A model generated the notes under the pieces. The model worked only from the letters and a program-made list of their open reading frames with translations. It made no database searches and was not told where the DNA came from. A DNA stretch of 62,695 nucleotides, the filler included, from a bacterium (GTDB taxonomy: Bacteria; JAMORN01), in the NCBI GenBank assembly GCA_027063545.1. It is 9 parts of 9 records of this genome, joined end to end, with 100 filler letters (N's around TTAATTAATTAA, not from the genome) between each part and the next. Parts side by side here need not be neighbours in the genome. Positions count along the whole stretch, not along the records: positions 28,447 to 35,334 come from JAMORN010000142.1; positions 35,435 to 42,234 come from JAMORN010000143.1; 7 more parts are not named here. The stretch is one strand, 5' to 3'. The first letter of the stretch is position 1, and the number at the start of each line of letters is the position of its first letter. Position numbers and translations under genes: made by a program. This document shows positions 30,525-39,337 of this stretch, one piece after another.

Positions 30525-31551
30525 ATATTTTGTATGGGATTTGGAATGTATAAACTACCTTTTTATAATTTGGATCATAAAATATTATTGAATAGTTTTG
30601 AGCTAGATTTTTTTGATATACAATATAATCATTAGTTAAGAAAAATGGATAAACAATAGAAGAATCGTCTAATATTGTACTGATAATATTATTTGAAAGG
30701 AGATTTATATTATCTCCATCAAGGTATAAAATAGAATCAGAGAGAATATCACCAATAAAAACTTTTGCATTTAAAGTGTTCTTTGAATAAATTGTTTGAT
30801 ATTCTACTTTTATACTATCATTAAGAATTATCTTTCCAATCTTATATGTTGTATCAGTAGGAGAATTATAAATTATTATAGGATATTTAAATAGTAAAGG
30901 AGAAGAAGTAATAAGAGAGGTAGAATCTACTGTTTGAATTATACTATCATTTATTACCTTAAACGCGTGAATATACCAAGTATTATTTGTATCATTTGAT
31001 ATAGATATAATTGTAGAATCATTTATTTGATTTATTTTTTGAATATTAAAATTACTATTTATATAAAGTGCTTTAACAACAGAATCTAAATTTGTATTTA
31101 ATATTCCAATAATATTTTTGTATGCAATGTATATAATAGAATCATTCTTTATAGAAAAGTCTGAAATTAATTTGTCATATATTGTTATATCCTTTTCTAG
31201 ATATAGATCATCAAAAAACTCTTCAGCAGTAAATATATGAAATATTGATAAATTATTTATAGAATCATTTTCTAAAACAACAAGTCTTTTTCCCCTTTGC
31301 TTCATTGTTTTATAGTTTTTGTATTGAAATTGATATATGGTAAAGTTTAAAGAATCTTTATTGGCAGAGGACAGATATTTTATTTTAAAAATAAAAAAAC
31401 TATCTGTTACACCAAACTTAGATTTTATTGTTTTATATGGTATAATAGGCTGATCTTCTTCATCAGAACAAGAAGTGAAAGTAAATATAAAGATAAAACT
31501 TACAATTAGGATTTTTATGATATTCTTTCTAATATTTATAAATAACTTCAA
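30496..31551 (-). CDS. Hypothetical beta-rich lipoprotein in the Btu-like operon
   Basis: Lipobox FTSC followed by acidic SDEED; overlaps both neighbouring genes. Confidence 0.6.
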   Translation of the reverse strand: MKLFINIRKNIIKILIVSFIFIFTFTSCSDEEDQPIIPYKTIKSKFGVTDSFFIFKIKYLSSANKDSLNFTIYQFQYKNYKTMKQRGKRLVVLENDSINNLSIFHIFTAEEFFDDLYLEKDITIYDKLISDFSIKNDSIIYIAYKNIIGILNTNLDSVVKALYINSNFNIQKINQINDSTIISISNDTNNTWYIHAFKVINDSIIQTVDSTSLITSSPLLFKYPIIIYNSPTDTTYKIGKIILNDSIKVEYQTIYSKNTLNAKVFIGDILSDSILYLDGDNINLLSNNIISTILDDSSIVYPFFLTNDYIVYQKNLAQNYSIIFYDPNYKKVVYTFQIPYKIYDTEILEDY

Positions 31552-33583
31552 AACTATAACTCCTTCCAGGTTCTGGGTATTTAGGGTTTAAAGTTACTCT
31601 ATTATTTAAAATATTATCAAACCTTATATTATAAGTAATATAATTTTTTTGATAATTTAATACAATGTTTAACTTTAAATTAGAAGGCAAAAACCCATAA
31701 TTCCCATATACGAGATATTGATAATCTTTGGGATGGTCATATATTATATTACTTTTAAAGGTATAACACATAGAACTATAGATTAAATCAGAATAAATAT
31801 TGATACTTTTATTTATTTTCAATTCTGTATGATTTTTTATTCTATATTTGCTGGTGTATGGTAATATTTTATTAAAGTATATACCTTCTGTTTTATTTCT
31901 GTTATCAGAAATTGTTAAATAAATTTCGTTTTTTAATCTTTGGGTTCTGTAAAGGAAAAATAAAGTTAGAGATTTTATCTCGGCTTTTTCTATATTTTCA
32001 AATTTTATTAAATTATAGTTAGGGTAATATACACTTTTTATTATATTTTCAGCTTTTAAGTGAAAAATAGACATTCCTAGAATAATATTTGAGAAGATTC
32101 TTTTTATACTAATTCCATATTTAAATAAAAGTTTTTCGTTTTTTAAATAAGGATTAGGTATGATAAAATAGTTATCTCCAAATAGTTCTATTAAAGATGG
32201 TATTCTATAACCATTTAAAATAAAAAAAGCCATTAAATATTTTTTGGTATTTAGAATATTAAAAGTTAAAGAATAATCTGTTGTTATATTTTTAGAAGTA
32301 TTGATAGAATCATATATAAATAATCTATTTACAAATAAAGCATTATTTTTGTAGTATGTCAAAGAGCCTTTAGCTACAATCTTTTTGTATTTTATGGAAT
32401 TACTAATAATAAATCGATTTCTATAAAAACTTGTTAATGTTTGATTTAAAATACTATCAAAATTGTCGTAGTTTTCTTTTATGAGATTTACTGAAAGATT
32501 ATTTTCTAAAAAATTTTGATAATATTTGATTTTTATGTTAAAAGTTTTCCTTTTATTATTGCTTTCTAAATTTGTTTGGTTAAAGAAATATAAGTAGGAT
32601 GTGCCATATATGTCTTTTAACCTATTATAAATAATATGGTCATAAAATGTTATATGAAACATTAAATTATCACTTAATATGGTTTTAAAATAAAGAGAAT
32701 AGATATTATAAAACTTTTTTTCTGATATTTGATACATTTCAGGGAAAAACACATTATGAAATGTAGAAAATTTATTGCCTGTGATGATAAAGAAATACAA
32801 TTTTATTATTTTATTTTTTAAAATAAAATAAGGGGAATCTACATAAGTAAAAATTGTAGTTTGTTTTATTGGAGCTATATTGTATTCAATATAGTAATCA
32901 TCATTGAGATTGTATAATGTGCCATTATAATTTAAGATAGAAAATCTGTTTTTGATATCTGCCCAATACGTTGAGAAAAATACATTAAATTGATTTTGAT
33001 TAAAATAGATATTAGAGAAGATTTTTTTATTATTTAAAGAGTTGTATGATAATAGAGCTATATTATCTTTTATTGGGTTCATTTTAAACTTTAGGGATAC
33101 ACCTAAAGGATTATTTATTTCATCATCTCCATTATACTTAAGATAGACTTGATTTATAAAAAAAGAGAATATACTATAATCAAAAGATGAAGTGGTTTCT
33201 AAAGTTATAGGAATAGAATTTAAATAATAGTTGTTATGATATCCTCTTAATCCTTCAAACTTTATTTCTGAATAATTACCATCAGCATTTTTGGTTATAT
33301 ATATATTGGGATTTTGTTCTATAATTTGAGATACAGAAATTAGAGAACTAATATTTTTTTGTTTTTTTATTGAAAAATTTTTAATTTTTTTATATATAAC
33401 GTAAATAGTATCATTATAATAAGTTGTATCTGAAGGATAAGAAAAAATGGGATTATTAAGAGCCATAAAAAAGATAAAAAGATATAGACAAATTAAGGAA
33501 ATAAAAGTTTTATCTAAAATGGTTCCCCATCTATTTTGTGGTCGTTCTAAGTTTTTATTCTTAATTAGTTTCGATTTAAACAT
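31529..33583 (-). CDS. Divergent TonB-dependent receptor (BtuB-like)
   Basis: GGAGG RBS; plug-like region (NPNIYI...IKFEGL...YLNSIP); GYRIPSLIELFG, PNPYLKNEK, DNILN, YPEPGRSY..EVIYKY. Confidence 0.75.
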   Translation of the reverse strand: MFKSKLIKNKNLERPQNRWGTILDKTFISLICLYLFIFFMALNNPIFSYPSDTTYYNDTIYVIYKKIKNFSIKKQKNISSLISVSQIIEQNPNIYITKNADGNYSEIKFEGLRGYHNNYYLNSIPITLETTSSFDYSIFSFFINQVYLKYNGDDEINNPLGVSLKFKMNPIKDNIALLSYNSLNNKKIFSNIYFNQNQFNVFFSTYWADIKNRFSILNYNGTLYNLNDDYYIEYNIAPIKQTTIFTYVDSPYFILKNKIIKLYFFIITGNKFSTFHNVFFPEMYQISEKKFYNIYSLYFKTILSDNLMFHITFYDHIIYNRLKDIYGTSYLYFFNQTNLESNNKRKTFNIKIKYYQNFLENNLSVNLIKENYDNFDSILNQTLTSFYRNRFIISNSIKYKKIVAKGSLTYYKNNALFVNRLFIYDSINTSKNITTDYSLTFNILNTKKYLMAFFILNGYRIPSLIELFGDNYFIIPNPYLKNEKLLFKYGISIKRIFSNIILGMSIFHLKAENIIKSVYYPNYNLIKFENIEKAEIKSLTLFFLYRTQRLKNEIYLTISDNRNKTEGIYFNKILPYTSKYRIKNHTELKINKSINIYSDLIYSSMCYTFKSNIIYDHPKDYQYLVYGNYGFLPSNLKLNIVLNYQKNYITYNIRFDNILNNRVTLNPKYPEPGRSYSFEVIYKY

Positions 33584-33714
33584 CTGAAATACTCTCCTCC
33601 AGTCAATATCATTTCAAAAAATAAAAAAATAAATCTAAAATAAGTAAAGTTCTTTTAGTATTAAAAAATTTTTTCTTTTTTCTAGTAAAATTTGAATAAA
33701 TAAGGAGGAGAGGA

Positions 33715-34497
33715 ATGATTGCTTTAGGAAGACAAGTAATTATAGAAATGTATGATGCAGATCCAAAGGCTTTAGCTGATGCAACAATTGTTGAGGATAT
33801 ATTCTTAGAAGCAGCAAAAGAAGCAAATGCTACAATTTTATGGAGTTATTTTCATCCTTTTGAACCACAAGGGGTAAGTGGGGTTATTGTTATAGCAGAG
33901 AGTCATTTTACTGTTCATACATGGCCAGAGTATAGATATGCTGCTATAGATATATTTTATTGTTCTGAAACAGTAAATGTGGAAAAGGCTGTTGAGGTGT
34001 TTAAAAGAAGATTTAATACTAAAGAGATAGTAATAGTAGGAGATTTAAATAGAGGGGTTATAGATACAGATGGAAACATGAGAATTCCTGCAAATATGGA
34101 AATTAAACAACCAGAGTATTATACATTCTCTTGGGAGAAAAAATTTAAAGAAAGCAATGCAAGAGCAATTTCCGCTTCTATTGATTTACATGATGTAGAT
34201 TCTAGTTCAATGGAAGATATGGCAAAAATAGAACATTTCTTAAAAGAAATTGAAGATAAGTTTAATTTTATTCCTTCAGGGGAGATGGAAGTTTCTTACT
34301 CAAAGGAAGATAATGAGTATACAATAATTCTGCCAATGAAAAATTCTTCATTAACTTTACATGTTGATATAGACGAGAATAGAGTTGCTATAGATGCTTA
34401 TAGCAATAGTTTTTTTGAGCCAAGGGAATTAGCAGAGTTTGCTTTAAAATATTTTGGAGGTAAACACTATACATTAGAAGTTGCTTTAAGAAAATAG
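33715..34497 (+). CDS. speD: S-adenosylmethionine decarboxylase proenzyme with a second, degenerate SpeD-like domain
   Basis: PQGVSGV.VIAESHFTVHTWPE..YAAIDIFYC (Ser63/His68/Cys83); the C-terminal ~120 aa repeat the fold pattern; upstream of speE. Confidence 0.88.
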   Translation: MIALGRQVIIEMYDADPKALADATIVEDIFLEAAKEANATILWSYFHPFEPQGVSGVIVIAESHFTVHTWPEYRYAAIDIFYCSETVNVEKAVEVFKRRFNTKEIVIVGDLNRGVIDTDGNMRIPANMEIKQPEYYTFSWEKKFKESNARAISASIDLHDVDSSSMEDMAKIEHFLKEIEDKFNFIPSGEMEVSYSKEDNEYTIILPMKNSSLTLHVDIDENRVAIDAYSNSFFEPRELAEFALKYFGGKHYTLEVALRK

Positions 34498-34536
34498 GAT
34501 AAGAGGCTCACTGAATTAGAAGTATAAGGAGATTAT

Positions 34537-35334
34537 ATGGAGATAAAAATAGGTGATAGTTTATGGTTTATTGAAGTAAGTGATTTATGGCCTGGTAGGG
34601 CTTTAGCTGTTGAAATTGAAGAGGTTTTATATAAGGGAAAATCTAAATATCAGGATATAGCTATTTATCAAACAAAGCATCTTGGAAAGATGTTGGTTTT
34701 AGATTATGCTATTCAACTTACCCAGTCAGATGAGATGGCATATCATGAGATGTTTGTTCATGTACCATTAAATGGGGTTAATTTTTCAGTTGAGAGAGTT
34801 TTAGTAGTTGGTGGAGGAGATGGAGGGCTTCTTAGGGAAATATCAAGGTATAAAGAGATAAAGCAGATTGATATTGTTGAGATAGATGAAGAGGTTATTA
34901 GGGTTTCAAAAGAGTATTTAAAATTTACAAGTATTGGTTTTGATGATAGTAGGGTTAATGTTTATATAGAAGATGGATTTAAGTTTTTAGATGAAAGGGA
35001 AGGTTATTATGATATAATTTTAGTTGATTCTTCAGATCCTGAAGGTCCTGCAGAGAGTTTATTTAGAAGTGATTTTTATAAGAAACTATATAGAGCATTA
35101 AAAGATAGAGGAGTTGTTGTTACACAGGGTGAAAGTATATGGCTTCATTTTGATAAGATAATAAAGCCTTTAATTGATGATATAAAGAATATTTTTGATA
35201 GAGTTGATTATTATAAAACTCAGATTCCTACATATCCTTCTGGTATGATAGGTTATATTGTAGGAATTAAAGGGGATTTTTCAATAAGAGAGCCTAAAGG
35301 AGAATTGGAATTTCAAAATGATTTGAGGTATTAT
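34537..35334 (+). CDS. speE: Polyamine aminopropyltransferase (spermidine synthase), 3'-truncated
   Basis: KSKYQDI, DEMAYHEM, VGGGDGG, VEIDEEV, EDG, DSSDP, PTYPSG. Confidence 0.93.
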
Positions 35335-35434
35335 NNNNNNNNNNNNNNNNNNNNNNNNNNNNNNNNNNNNNNNNNNNNTTAATTAATTAANNNNNNNNNN
35401 NNNNNNNNNNNNNNNNNNNNNNNNNNNNNNNNNN
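35335..35434. other. Artificial contig linker
   Basis: N44-TTAATTAATTAA-N44. Confidence 0.98.
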
Positions 35435-35815
35435 AATTAAAAATATTGATAAAAGGTTTTGAAAAATTACATCATGGGCTATAAGTTCACTTTTATATTT
35501 AGTTTGAGAGAGTAAAAGCACAGCCCCTAATCCTGTTGGAGCCATGGCTATTAAGAAAACTCCGTTTGGTATATTTATAAAAAAGAAATATTTTATTATA
35601 TATAGTAGAGTTGGAAGGATAAAAAATCTATAAATAGAGGAAAAAAGTAGGTATTTTATATTCTTTTTTATATTTCTCCCTAAAGGCAAAAGAAGAAAGG
35701 ATAAAAATAACGAAAATCCAAGAACAATAGGGATAGTAGATTTAAGATTAAATAATGGAGGAGAAAAATAGCCTAAAATTAAACTAATAGCAATTAAAGA
35801 AAAATATAGAACCAT
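35435..35815 (-). CDS. Membrane protein, possible bile acid:Na+ symporter (BASS) family (3'-truncated)
   Basis: Multiple TMs; RFFILP and GVFLIAMAPTG resemble BASS/ACR3 motifs. Confidence 0.5.
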
Positions 35816-35868
35816 AGTTTTAGAAAATAAATTTTTCTTTTTAAAATTACTAAAAAAGGAGGAAATCG

Positions 35869-37038
35869 ATGAAGATAATAGAGGAATATAATGGAAAAAA
35901 ACTACCTCATCCTATATACTCATGGGCTGATGAGATAGAAGAAGAGGCTTTTAACCAAGCTGTAAATATTGTCCGTATGCCTAATTTATACAAACATTTG
36001 GCAATAATGCCTGATGTTCATTCAGGATATGGTATGCCTATAGGGGGTGTTGCTGCTTTTGTGAATGTTATTATTCCCTATGCAGTGGGGGTTGATATAG
36101 GTTGTGGTATGATCGCAAGAAGACTCAATATAAAAAAAGAAGATTTACCAAAAGAGATTTTAGGGATGTTTATTAATAGAGTGAAAAAAAAGATACCATT
36201 AGGATTTGAACACCACAAAAAACCTAGACACTGGGACAAAATAGATGAATTTGATGATATCTATATATTAAGAATACAGAAAAAAGAGGCGCTTCATCAA
36301 CTTGGAACCCTTGGAGGAGGAAATCATTTTATTGAAGTAGATTACGACCAAGAGGGTTATGTATGGATTATGATCCATTCAGGTAGCCGTCATGTAGGAA
36401 AAGAAACAGCAGATTATTATCATAGACTAGCAGTGGAGTTTGTTGAAAAGTATTATAAAAAAACATTATCAGATAAGAATTTAAGCTTTTTTTATTTAGA
36501 TAGTAAAGAAGGACAGGAGTATTTTAAGGCAATGAATTTATGCCTTGATTTTGCTTATGAGAATAGATATCAACTTATGGAAGATGTGCTTGATATACTT
36601 CACACATTTGTCTATTTTGAAATAATTGATGAGGTTCATATTCATCATAATTTCGCAAGTGTAGAGAGACATTTTGATAGAGAGGTTATAGTGCATAGAA
36701 AAGGAGCAGTTTTAGCAGATAAAGGAGTTAGAGGAATTATTCCAGGATCAATGGGGACAAAATCTTATATTACTAAGGGGAAAGGTAATCCTTTATCTTT
36801 TAAGAGTTCTTCTCATGGAGCAGGAAGGGTGATGAGCCGTCATAAGGCTATGAAAACATTAACTATTCAGGAAGTAGAAGAGGCTATGAAAGGGGTAGTT
36901 CATTTGCCGTTTAAGAGTAAAAGACAACTTGATGAGGCTCCACAGGCTTATAAAGATATCGATGAAGTAATTAAACAGGAAGAGGATTTGATAAATATAG
37001 AGTATATATTAAAACCAATGGCAGTAGTAAAGGGATAA
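35869..37038 (+). CDS. rtcB: RNA-splicing/repair ligase RtcB
   Basis: MPDVHSGYG, VGVDIGCG, LGTLGGGNHF, HSGSR, HHN, HRKGA, IPGSMG, SHGAGR, DEAP.AYK, VKG. Confidence 0.95.
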   Translation: MKIIEEYNGKKLPHPIYSWADEIEEEAFNQAVNIVRMPNLYKHLAIMPDVHSGYGMPIGGVAAFVNVIIPYAVGVDIGCGMIARRLNIKKEDLPKEILGMFINRVKKKIPLGFEHHKKPRHWDKIDEFDDIYILRIQKKEALHQLGTLGGGNHFIEVDYDQEGYVWIMIHSGSRHVGKETADYYHRLAVEFVEKYYKKTLSDKNLSFFYLDSKEGQEYFKAMNLCLDFAYENRYQLMEDVLDILHTFVYFEIIDEVHIHHNFASVERHFDREVIVHRKGAVLADKGVRGIIPGSMGTKSYITKGKGNPLSFKSSSHGAGRVMSRHKAMKTLTIQEVEEAMKGVVHLPFKSKRQLDEAPQAYKDIDEVIKQEEDLINIEYILKPMAVVKG

Positions 37039-37073
37039 AATTAATTGTTTATTTTTTAAACAATTAATTTTAT
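37035..37073. repeat. Perfect 17-bp AT-rich inverted repeat after rtcB
   Basis: ATAAAATTAATTGTTTA-TTTTT-TAAACAATTAATTTTAT followed by a T-run. Confidence 0.6.
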
Positions 37074-37110
37074 ATTTTTTTAGTAATAATGAAAAAATAG
37101 GGAGTTGTTT

Positions 37111-37740
37111 ATGCTTGAACGTTTTAAACCTATATATTCTGAGTTTTTAACCCCAATAGCATTAATATTTAAAAAATTAAAAATAAAACCCAATATTATT
37201 TCAATATTGGGAGCTTTATTATTAGTAATAGGTTCAATTTTTATAGTATTTCATAGATATTATACAGCTTTATTTATAATGTTAGTTGGTGGATTATTGG
37301 ATGGGGTTGATGGTAAAGTCGCAAGAGAAACAAAGAATGTTACAAAATTTGGAGCATTTTTAGATTCCACAATGGATAGGATAGCTGAGATTTTAATAGG
37401 GGTTATTTTATTTGTTTATTTATATAATTTAGATATTAATGAATTACTTAAAGAATTTATTCTATATTTAGCAATATATGATATGGGAGTATTTATGCTT
37501 ATATCTTATGTAAAAGCTAGAGCAGAGGGATTGGGAATAGAGTGTAAAGGAGGAATATATCAACGGAGTGAAAGAGGGCTTTTATTAGGTATCTTACTAC
37601 TATTTAAACAAGTAGGAATAATAGTTTATGTAGTATTAAGTGCAATATTAGGTACTTATACTGTATATCAAAGAATAAAAGAGGTATATAATAATTATAA
37701 ATTTATGATAATTCAAGAAGGAGATGTTAAAGATGGTTAG
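37111..37740 (+). CDS. CDP-alcohol phosphatidyltransferase, PIP/AIP-synthase-like
   Basis: Likely start ATG 37111 (GGAG RBS); PNIIS, DGVDGKVAR...FGAFLDSTMDR, ISYVKARAEGLG..C.GG..QRSER. Confidence 0.8.
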   Translation: MLERFKPIYSEFLTPIALIFKKLKIKPNIISILGALLLVIGSIFIVFHRYYTALFIMLVGGLLDGVDGKVARETKNVTKFGAFLDSTMDRIAEILIGVILFVYLYNLDINELLKEFILYLAIYDMGVFMLISYVKARAEGLGIECKGGIYQRSERGLLLGILLLFKQVGIIVYVVLSAILGTYTVYQRIKEVYNNYKFMIIQEGDVKDG

Positions 37741-38179
37741 AATTTGTGTTATTTGTGGTAATGAACTTATACATGAGGATGAATATACAAATGTATGTTA
37801 TAGATGTCAGGATAAATTATTGGAGAATTTTCCTTTAATAGGGGAGATATTAAATTCTTTATTGTTTGAAGTTATAAATGATTTAACTATGGAGGAAAAG
37901 GAAAGAAAGCGTAGAACCTTAGCTTTATATAATGTAGTTAGAATATTTGGAGAGGAACCAGATATTAATATAGAAAATGCCGATGATTTTTTAGATAATG
38001 AGGCTGAGATTGTAAATATATTAAATGATATATTAAGAGAAAATGAGGAAGCAGATATTGAAGGGAAATTAGGAGCTTGGAGAAGCTATGCTTTGATTAA
38101 TGCGATAAAAGAGGTAGGAGGAGAGCCATATATTGAATTTATAGATAGTAAATATCATAAATACTTTAAGTTTGATTAA
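37733..38179 (+). CDS. Hypothetical acidic protein with N-terminal zinc ribbon
   Basis: CVIC...CYRC; likely start ATG 37733 (AAGGAG 9 nt upstream). Confidence 0.7.
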   Translation: MVRICVICGNELIHEDEYTNVCYRCQDKLLENFPLIGEILNSLLFEVINDLTMEEKERKRRTLALYNVVRIFGEEPDINIENADDFLDNEAEIVNILNDILRENEEADIEGKLGAWRSYALINAIKEVGGEPYIEFIDSKYHKYFKFD

Positions 38180-38187
38180 TTTTTATT

Positions 38188-38640
38188 ATGAAAAAAGTTA
38201 TAATATATACTGATGGGGGATGCTGGGGTAATCCTGGTCCTGGTGCATGGGCAGCTCTTTTAGAATATAATGGAATAAAGAAGTTAATCTCAGGATTTGA
38301 GAAGGAAACCACTAATAATAGAATGGAGTTAAAGGCTGTTATAGAAGGATTGAAAGTTTTAAAATATCCTGTAGAGGTTGAAGTTTATACAGATTCAAAA
38401 TATATATATAATGGTATAAATGAATGGATAAAAACATGGATAAAAAATAACTGGAAGACTTCAAATAAAAAAGAGGTAAAAAACAAAGATTTATGGGAAG
38501 AATTATTGAAACTGGTAGAAAAACATAAAGTAAAGTGGTTTTGGGTAAAAGGACATAATAATATAGAAGGTAATGAGATATGTGATAAAGAAGTACAAAA
38601 GGTAATAAAGGAAAATATAAAATCAATTAAGGAGAAATAG
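38188..38640 (+). CDS. rnhA: Ribonuclease HI
   Basis: YTDGGC.GNPGPG, TTNNRMEL, TDSKY, VKNKDLW, WVKGH, GNE.CD. Confidence 0.96.
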   Translation: MKKVIIYTDGGCWGNPGPGAWAALLEYNGIKKLISGFEKETTNNRMELKAVIEGLKVLKYPVEVEVYTDSKYIYNGINEWIKTWIKNNWKTSNKKEVKNKDLWEELLKLVEKHKVKWFWVKGHNNIEGNEICDKEVQKVIKENIKSIKEK

Positions 38641-38642
38641 AG

Positions 38643-39332
38643 ATGTTAGTAAAAGAATCCTTAAGAACAAGAGGAATAATTGTTGAGGTTGGTTTTGTAC
38701 CTCCTTTAGCAAATTTTTCTAAAAAAACTTTAATAGCATTTCAAACATCTGTTGAGGAAATTATAGATATTTCTGAAATAAAAAAAGGTGAAGGTTTTAT
38801 TTTTATGATAAGTAAAGGTGATGGCTTTGATGGAGAAATTCAGATTAATTTATCAAGGGAGAAATTATTAATGCATATTCTTTTCCCAAGTGGTGCAATT
38901 GTTGAACTAATAGAAATTTTTGATAGTATTATAAAAATATTAAGAGATATAATTAGGCCCCATATTTTTGCTCCTGTTGTTGTAAACATAAGAAAACAGG
39001 TTACCACGCAAGAAAAAGATGCAAATTTATTTTTTACTGAGAGTTTATTTAAATTTAGCAAAGAAAGAGAAGATATATTAGGAAGACCTATTCAAACTAT
39101 GGGAATAAAATTGATGATGCCGCCTTTTTTAGGTTCGTCAAGGGAACAAACAGATGCTATAGAATTAAAAATAGAGACATTAAATGAAGACCCAAGAGAT
39201 ATATATTTAGAAATAAATAGAGTATTTAGTGTTCCAATACCAAGTGCTAACTTTACCACTGTTAAAGATTTTATTTTATCCACAGAAGATTATTTAAATA
39301 ATAACGTATTAGATTTTATATCATTTAAGTAG
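38643..39332 (+). CDS. Hypothetical protein (possibly TIGR04255-like alpha/beta fold)
   Basis: 229-aa ORF tightly packed in the operon (GGAG RBS); alternating alpha/beta pattern; family guess is tentative. Confidence 0.55.
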   Translation: MLVKESLRTRGIIVEVGFVPPLANFSKKTLIAFQTSVEEIIDISEIKKGEGFIFMISKGDGFDGEIQINLSREKLLMHILFPSGAIVELIEIFDSIIKILRDIIRPHIFAPVVVNIRKQVTTQEKDANLFFTESLFKFSKEREDILGRPIQTMGIKLMMPPFLGSSREQTDAIELKIETLNEDPRDIYLEINRVFSVPIPSANFTTVKDFILSTEDYLNNNVLDFISFK

Positions 39333-39337
39333 AGAAA

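Noticed and set aside
33584..33714. Cobalamin riboswitch upstream of the BtuB-like gene
   Set aside because: Too short and AT-rich; no recognisable conserved elements.
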